Source of the DNA: an uncultured Chloroflexia bacterium
GTDB lineage: Bacteria; Chloroflexota; Dehalococcoidia; GIF9; AB-539-J10
Length of the DNA stretch: 64,000 nucleotides
Reading direction: 5' to 3'
Assembly: GCA_963726175.1 (NCBI GenBank)
Contig: CAVSBM010000008.1
Location: 26,153 to 90,152, forward strand
Position 1 is the stretch's first letter. Each line of letters starts with the position of its first letter. Under the pieces are notes generated by a model, which made no database searches, was not told where the DNA came from, and was given only the letters and a program-made list of their open reading frames with translations. Positions 59,698 to 64,000 of this stretch are shown here, piece after piece. Position numbers and translations under genes: made by a program.

Positions 59698-60324
59698 CTA
59701 TTTTGTTTCTTGAGCCCGGCGATCTTCTGTTGGCGACTGGTAGGTGGCTACTTGACGGCTTTTGCAATCTGTAAGCTTGGACACGTTTGAAGGGGATTGC
59801 GTCAAATCAGCGACGACCACAAATTCGTACTCAGGGAAATGCCTCTGAAGTGCTTCTTTTAACGAACTCCTTACTACTATGAGCACGCTAACTGGTGAGG
59901 CTAGGGCTAGTTCGACTGCTGGCATAAGCCCCTTGCCACACAGTTCCAACGGGCCGACCTCATCGATGACCACCAAATCGCATCTACTTTCAACTGCCCT
60001 TTTGATAGCACCGCAGGCAAACGCAATCGCACGACTGCTGATGGTATAGTCGCCAACCACTTCACCTCCCTTGAAACGTCCAAGGCAGGACAGCCGGGCG
60101 AAAGGGACCTCTTTGCCGGTGAGGAGGTCAATTACGTTGAAGCCAATTCGTTGTCTTTGCTTCTCAATCGCTGGGGAAAGGACTCCGCCAACGCTGGAAC
60201 CGCATTGTCGCCGCCGGTCAATGTATTCTCTGCACCAACTGGTCTTGCCCGACCTTGGTTCACCTACGACGAGCAGTCTCACTAAAGATCTGATGCGAAG
60301 GCAACTGCCGCGCCAATCCAGCAA
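59698..60324 (-). CDS. P-loop NTPase, DUF2478/THEP1-like
   Basis: 208 aa. Walker A GEPRSGKTS and Walker B DLVVIDEVGPLE. Confidence 0.6.
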   Translation of the reverse strand: MLDWRGSCLRIRSLVRLLVVGEPRSGKTSWCREYIDRRRQCGSSVGGVLSPAIEKQRQRIGFNVIDLLTGKEVPFARLSCLGRFKGGEVVGDYTISSRAIAFACGAIKRAVESRCDLVVIDEVGPLELCGKGLMPAVELALASPVSVLIVVRSSLKEALQRHFPEYEFVVVADLTQSPSNVSKLTDCKSRQVATYQSPTEDRRAQETK

Positions 60325-60345
60325 AAGGCCATGATGGCTATAGTG

Positions 60346-60991
60346 CTAGCATAGAACAAACTTGGGCTTCACAGTCATGAGTTGCCAGAAGTTGGGTCGG
60401 AGCTTTGCGCCCACCAGGTGTCCTAGGAGCAGCAGACAAGTACCTACAATAGCCAGAGCTGTGCCATCGGTAAGTGCCGCAGTGACCCTCTCAGTAGGTC
60501 CCCAGGATGCCCAGTTGCCCATACCTATGGTCGATGCCAGGATGGCGTAAAGGATGGCGCTGAGGTATCCTGCTGAGATACCAACAGCAATGCGCGTCTT
60601 GATACTGCTTTCGAAACCTTTAAACAACAGGCTGACTACCAGGGTGAAGGCCAGTGCTTCCAGAAGGATTGCCGAGGCAGGATTGACCACGAAGGGAGAA
60701 AAGATAGGTTGGCCATAAATCACGGCGCTCAGCGGCTTGAACAGGGCGGCGATGACTCCGAGCCAGAATACGAGTCTTAGGCCGTCGATAGATGACAACA
60801 AATGTTGCCATGAGTGCCATGCCGATGCCCCCTGTAATTGCCCCTTTGTAGGCGAAGTGGACAAGGTGTAAAGCCCCGCCCAGAGTAGCTTCCACAAGGC
60901 CCCAGATTGAGCCAAAGACCAGAATCCCGACGATTACACGCAAAATAGTCCCCGACCCCGAGAGTGTTTTGATTTTGTTAGATACCTGCAT
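60346..60991 (-). CDS. hypothetical polytopic membrane protein (one frame break)
   Basis: ORFs 60620-61006 (from MQVSNK...) and 60346-60915 overlap in different frames and read colinearly as one membrane protein of about 215 aa. The break lies near 60790. Confidence 0.45.
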
Positions 60992-61136
60992 ACTTTGCCT
61001 CCCCATTCATAAGCTTGCCTGAGTTTGCACTTAACTATATCAAACAGGGATTTTTTGGTCAATATGATGTTGACTGTTCCGAGTTCACCGTATTAGAATA
61101 ATAAACTGAGTCAGACGAAAAAGGAGGTGGAAGAAT

Positions 61137-63729
61137 ATGGCTCGTTCTGCGAAAGAAGAACAGGTTTTTACCAATTGTACCGTCGGCGGACCACTTTTTG
61201 TGTACGTGAAGAACGGGAAAATAACACGCGTTGAACCCTTGGAGCTCAGTCCTGATGATGCTGAATCCTGGGTCATAAGAGCACGGGGAAGGAAATTTTC
61301 CCCTGCGAGAATGGCGAACGTTGCACAATATGCCTTGGCTGAGAGGTCAAGGATATATTCCCCCGATAGGCTTCTTTATCCCCTTAAGAGAGTTGATTTC
61401 AATCCGCAAGGAGATAGAAAAGCTGAAAACAGGGGTACGTCAGGCTATAAGCGAATCAGCTGGGACGAAGCCTTAGATATTCTGGCCAAAGAAATAGAGC
61501 GTGTCCACAAGACTTATGGGCCTGGCGCAGTTCTCACCACGCCTTCTTCACATCACAATTGGGGCAATATAGGTTACAGGCACAGCAGCCTCTTAAGGTT
61601 CATGGGAATCCTGAATGCTACCTACGTTGACCACAATCCGGATAGCTGGGAGGGGTGGCACTGGGGGGCAATGCATATGTGGGGGTTTGCCTGGAGGCTG
61701 GGCATTTCATCGCAATACGATCTCCTGGAAGATGCCTTGAAACACGCCGAGATGGTGGTCTACTGGTCTTCTGACCCTGAAAGCACCTCCGGAATCTATG
61801 GAGGGCAGGAGTCAAATCAGTGGCGTTCCTGGCTGAAGGAGCTGGGGGTGAAAATGATTGTTGTAGACCAGCATTATAATTCCACCGCTGTGAATTTTGC
61901 TGACAAATGGTTTGCTCCCAGGCCGGGAACTGACACAGCGATGGCAGCAGCTATCGCCTATGTCTGGCTTACGGAAGGCACATACGATAAGGAATATATT
62001 AAGGAACATGCACACGGATTTGAAAAGTGGAAAGGCTATATACTTGGCGAAGAAGATGGTTTTGCCAAGACGAGTGAATGGGCTGAAAAAGAAACAGGAG
62101 TACCAGCACGAGAGATTAGGGCCCTGGCAAGAGAGTGGGCCAGGCGTAAGACTATGCTGGCCTCTGGGAGCGCACTTGGGGGAGGAGCCTGCAGGACGGC
62201 CTACGGGACAGAATGGGCAAGGTATATGGTTATGCTGGCAGCCATGCAGGGGATGGGCAAGCCAGGGAGCAACATATGGACAACAAACTACGGTGCCCCC
62301 CAGAATTTTGACTTCTTCTTTCCGGGATATGCTGAAGGCGGCATATCCGGCGACCCACTAAACACTGCTGCCCACTTCCAAATGGTCTCACGAGGAATAA
62401 CAAAACATCCGATAAGGTCTGAAGTGAATGATCCTGGGGGACAGCATATACCCAGGATTCTACTTCCTGAGTGCATTTTGAATCCGCCTCAGGAGTGGCG
62501 AGGGAAGGGCTTTTGTGGCGCTTCGCCTGAAACTCAGTTCAAGAAATACAAGTATCCTGAAGATGGATACTCTGAGGTGAAGATGTTCTGGCGGTATGGC
62601 GGTTCCTATATTGGCACCATGAACAACACAAACAGGTGGGTCAGGATGTACCGGAGTCCCAAGCTTGAGTTTGTGGTTAACCAGTCAATCTGGATGGAAG
62701 GTGAAGCGCAACTTGCTGACTTGATACTTCCAGCCTGCACCAATTTTGAGAGATGGGACATCGGCGAGTGGGCTAACTGCTCGGGTTACATTCCTCATTG
62801 CCATTATACAGTCAACCATCGGACAATAGTGCTACAAAAGAAATGTATTGAACCACTGGGAGAATCTAAGGCAGATTACGACATATTCGCTGCGGTAGCT
62901 GAGAGGCTTGGCTTCTACGAGCAAGTTCACCGAAGGGGGCTTAACAGAGCTGGACTGGGTAAAGAAGCTGTTCCAATTAACTGACCTGCCGAAGTACATT
63001 TCGTGGGAAGAGTTTGAGAAGAAAGGCTACTTCGTTGTCCCACTGCCAAAACCTTATAAGTCCACACCAAGTTTGAGATGGTTTGCCGAGGGACGGAAGA
63101 ACGATACACCAGACTGGGGACCTGTGGGTGGAGGGGTAGCAAGCATACCAGATGCCGAAGGCAACCTGGCTACCCAGACGGGTAAAATAGAGTTTGAAGC
63201 AGAAAGCCTCAAACGGTTCGACCCCGATGACTGGGAAAGGCCACCCGTGGCCAAGTATATCCCTTCCTGGGAAGGTCATCACACAAAGGAGCTTTACTCC
63301 AAATACCCCCTTCAGCTCATTTCTCCTCACCCGAGGTATAGTTTTCACACCATGTATGATGGTAAAGATAGCTGGATAAATGAAATACCGGAACACAGGG
63401 TTAAAAAGGAAGATGGACGGTACTACTGGGTGATTCGGATAAATTCGAGAGACGCCGAGAAAAGGGGCATAAGAGATGGCGATTTGGTCAACGTCTACAA
63501 CGACAGAGGAGTTGTCATATGTGCAGCGCAGGTTACAGAGCGTGTCCCATACGGTATGGTTCATTCGTACGAGTCCTGCGCTGTTTATGACCCAATCGGA
63601 GAGCCTGGCGAATCGCCAGATAGAGGTGGATGTATCAACCTGCTGACACCGCATCGTTTTATATCTAAGAATGCCTGTGGCATGGCTCCGAATTCCTGTC
63701 TGGTTGAAATTGAAAAGAGGAGGGAATAA
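61137..63729 (+). CDS. molybdopterin oxidoreductase large subunit, pyrogallol-phloroglucinol transhydroxylase (AthL)-like (one frame break)
   Basis: ORFs 61137-62984 and 62908-63729 join with a +1 break near 62925 (..LGFYEQ/FTEGGLTELDW..). It has no twin-arginine signal and no N-terminal Cys cluster. Blocks such as GGPLFVYVKNGKITRVEP, HNPDSWEGWHWGAMHMWGF, ILPACTNFERWDIGEWANCSGYIP and HSYESCAVYDPIGEPGESPDRGGCINLLTP match my recollection of the Pelobacter enzyme. Confidence 0.7.
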
Positions 63730-63731
63730 AT

Positions 63732-64000
63732 ATGGCTAAGTGGGGTATGGTAATAGATATAACAAAGTGCAATGCTTGCTATAGCTGTTTCATAGCCTGC
63801 AAAGACGAGTACTGGGATAACGATTATCCTCCCTATTCCGCAGGCTCAGCCCAGGCATGGACAATTCTGGATGGACCTCGTGAAGAAAGAGCGTGGAGCG
63901 TGTCCTTGGGTGAAGGTCGCATACATACCTGTACTTTGTATGCAGTGCGACAACGCGCCCTGTGTTAAGGCTGCCAGGAACCGCGCGGCATATAAAAGGC
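63732..64000 (+). CDS. 4Fe-4S ferredoxin-type beta subunit of the molybdoenzyme (partial; one frame break)
   Basis: MAKWGMVIDITKCNACYSCFIACKDE.... After about 63845 the +1 frame continues AQPRHGQFWMDLVKKERGACPWVKVAYIPVLCMQCDNAPCVKAA.... The 3' end lies outside the window. Confidence 0.7.

Overview
The gene content and order suggest a Chloroflexota (Dehalococcoidia-like) chromosome; this assignment is tentative and was not checked by any search.

**Layout**
- nt 1-18557: a contiguous str/S10/spc/alpha ribosomal super-operon, running rpsG-fusA-rpsJ...rplO-secY-adk-map-infA-rpmJ-rpsM-rpsK-rpsD-rpoA-rplQ-truA-rplM-rpsI. It has no tuf and no rpmD. An ORF below the track's size cutoff (31 codons, bS22-like) sits between rplW and rplB.
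- nt 18.6-21.6 kb: tRNA-Gln and tRNA-Glu bracket three single-gene islets (GNAT, DUF3795, HEPN-like). Three related ~100-nt repeats separate them, and one repeat carries an exact 18-nt copy of the tRNA-Gln 3' end.
- nt 21.6-26.2 kb: a hydrolase, trpS, a broken MFS gene, a Val-Leu-Arg-Val tRNA cluster and a possible integrase remnant.
- nt 26-64 kb: accessory catabolic DNA.
  - Two VAO/PCMH-type flavoproteins flanking an HdrD-like CCG iron-sulfur protein.
  - An MMSDH-like aldehyde dehydrogenase.
  - DUF169-SDR-DUF169-ACAD.
  - A heavily frame-disrupted Liv-type ABC operon and a broken tungsten AOR.
  - A complete corrinoid methyltransferase system: corrinoid protein, URO-D-type MT, MetH-activation-like protein, RACo and a pterin-binding MT.
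  - A 14x38-aa RCC1-like repeat surface protein.
  - A five-gene operon matching the anaerobic phloroglucinol pathway enzyme families.
  - A pyrogallol-phloroglucinol-transhydroxylase-like molybdoenzyme.

**Main hypothesis:** nt ~47.5-64 kb form a methoxy-aromatic / trihydroxybenzene degradation supercluster.

**Caveat:** the window holds 30 or more frame disruptions, almost all +1 and several in essential genes (rplF, secY x2, rpsM). Assembly indels are therefore likely, and the pseudogene calls are provisional.

No rRNA, CRISPR array or intact mobile element was seen.
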